64,000 bases of DNA from Felis catus (taxonomy: Eukaryota), in NCBI RefSeq assembly GCF_018350175.1, contig NC_058368.1:112098001-112162000 (forward strand), read 5' to 3'. The translations under genes and the position numbers were made by a program. The notes beneath the pieces are model-generated. The model was not told the origin of the DNA and searched no databases. It was given only the letters and a program-made list of their open reading frames with translations. Of the stretch, positions 63,915 through 64,000 are shown one piece after another; position 1 is the first letter of the stretch, and each line of letters begins with the position of its first letter.

Positions 63915-64000
63915 AATTTTTATTTATTTTATTTCATTTTTATGATGTTTGTTTTTGAGAGACAGAGAGACAAAGTATGAGTGGGGGAGGGGCAGAGAGA
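63915..64000 (-). mobile_element. Can-SINE tail portion (truncated by window edge)
   Basis: T-rich tail then ttttgagagacagagagaca...gggggaggggcagagaga. Confidence 0.9.

Noticed and set aside
1..64000. Most ORFs in the six-frame track as genes (e.g. 29994-30584, 26554-27081, 5418-5942, 4766-5263)
   Set aside because: No recognisable protein family, low-complexity composition, many GTG/TTG starts and frequent overlap with repeats; expected by chance in GC-rich mammalian DNA

Overview
This is mammalian genomic DNA, almost certainly from a felid or other feliform, based on 20 feline-type Can-SINEs (SINEC_Fc-like), many with readable target-site duplications (TSDs). The window is intronic or intergenic. 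I recognise no host protein-coding exon, RNA gene, CRISPR array or prokaryotic feature, and nearly all ORFs in the track are chance or repeat-derived. Content is dominated by transposable-element fossils: MIR and L2 remnants throughout; a nested L1ME region (19.8-22.5 kb); a 3'-truncated old L1 retaining 5' end, ORF1 and ORF2 (38.4-42.8 kb); a Kanga1-like Tc2 transposon; hAT MITEs (MER5, MER94, MER113); solo MaLR/ERVL LTRs; and an internally deleted ERVL provirus with RNase H, integrase and dUTPase remnants (54.2-57.8 kb). Several non-repeat islands carry clustered transcription-factor motifs, palindromes or non-B-DNA tracts. I found no convincing undescribed biological system; the best leads are modest. 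Repeat family names come from my recollection of consensus sequences, and boundaries of old repeats are approximate.
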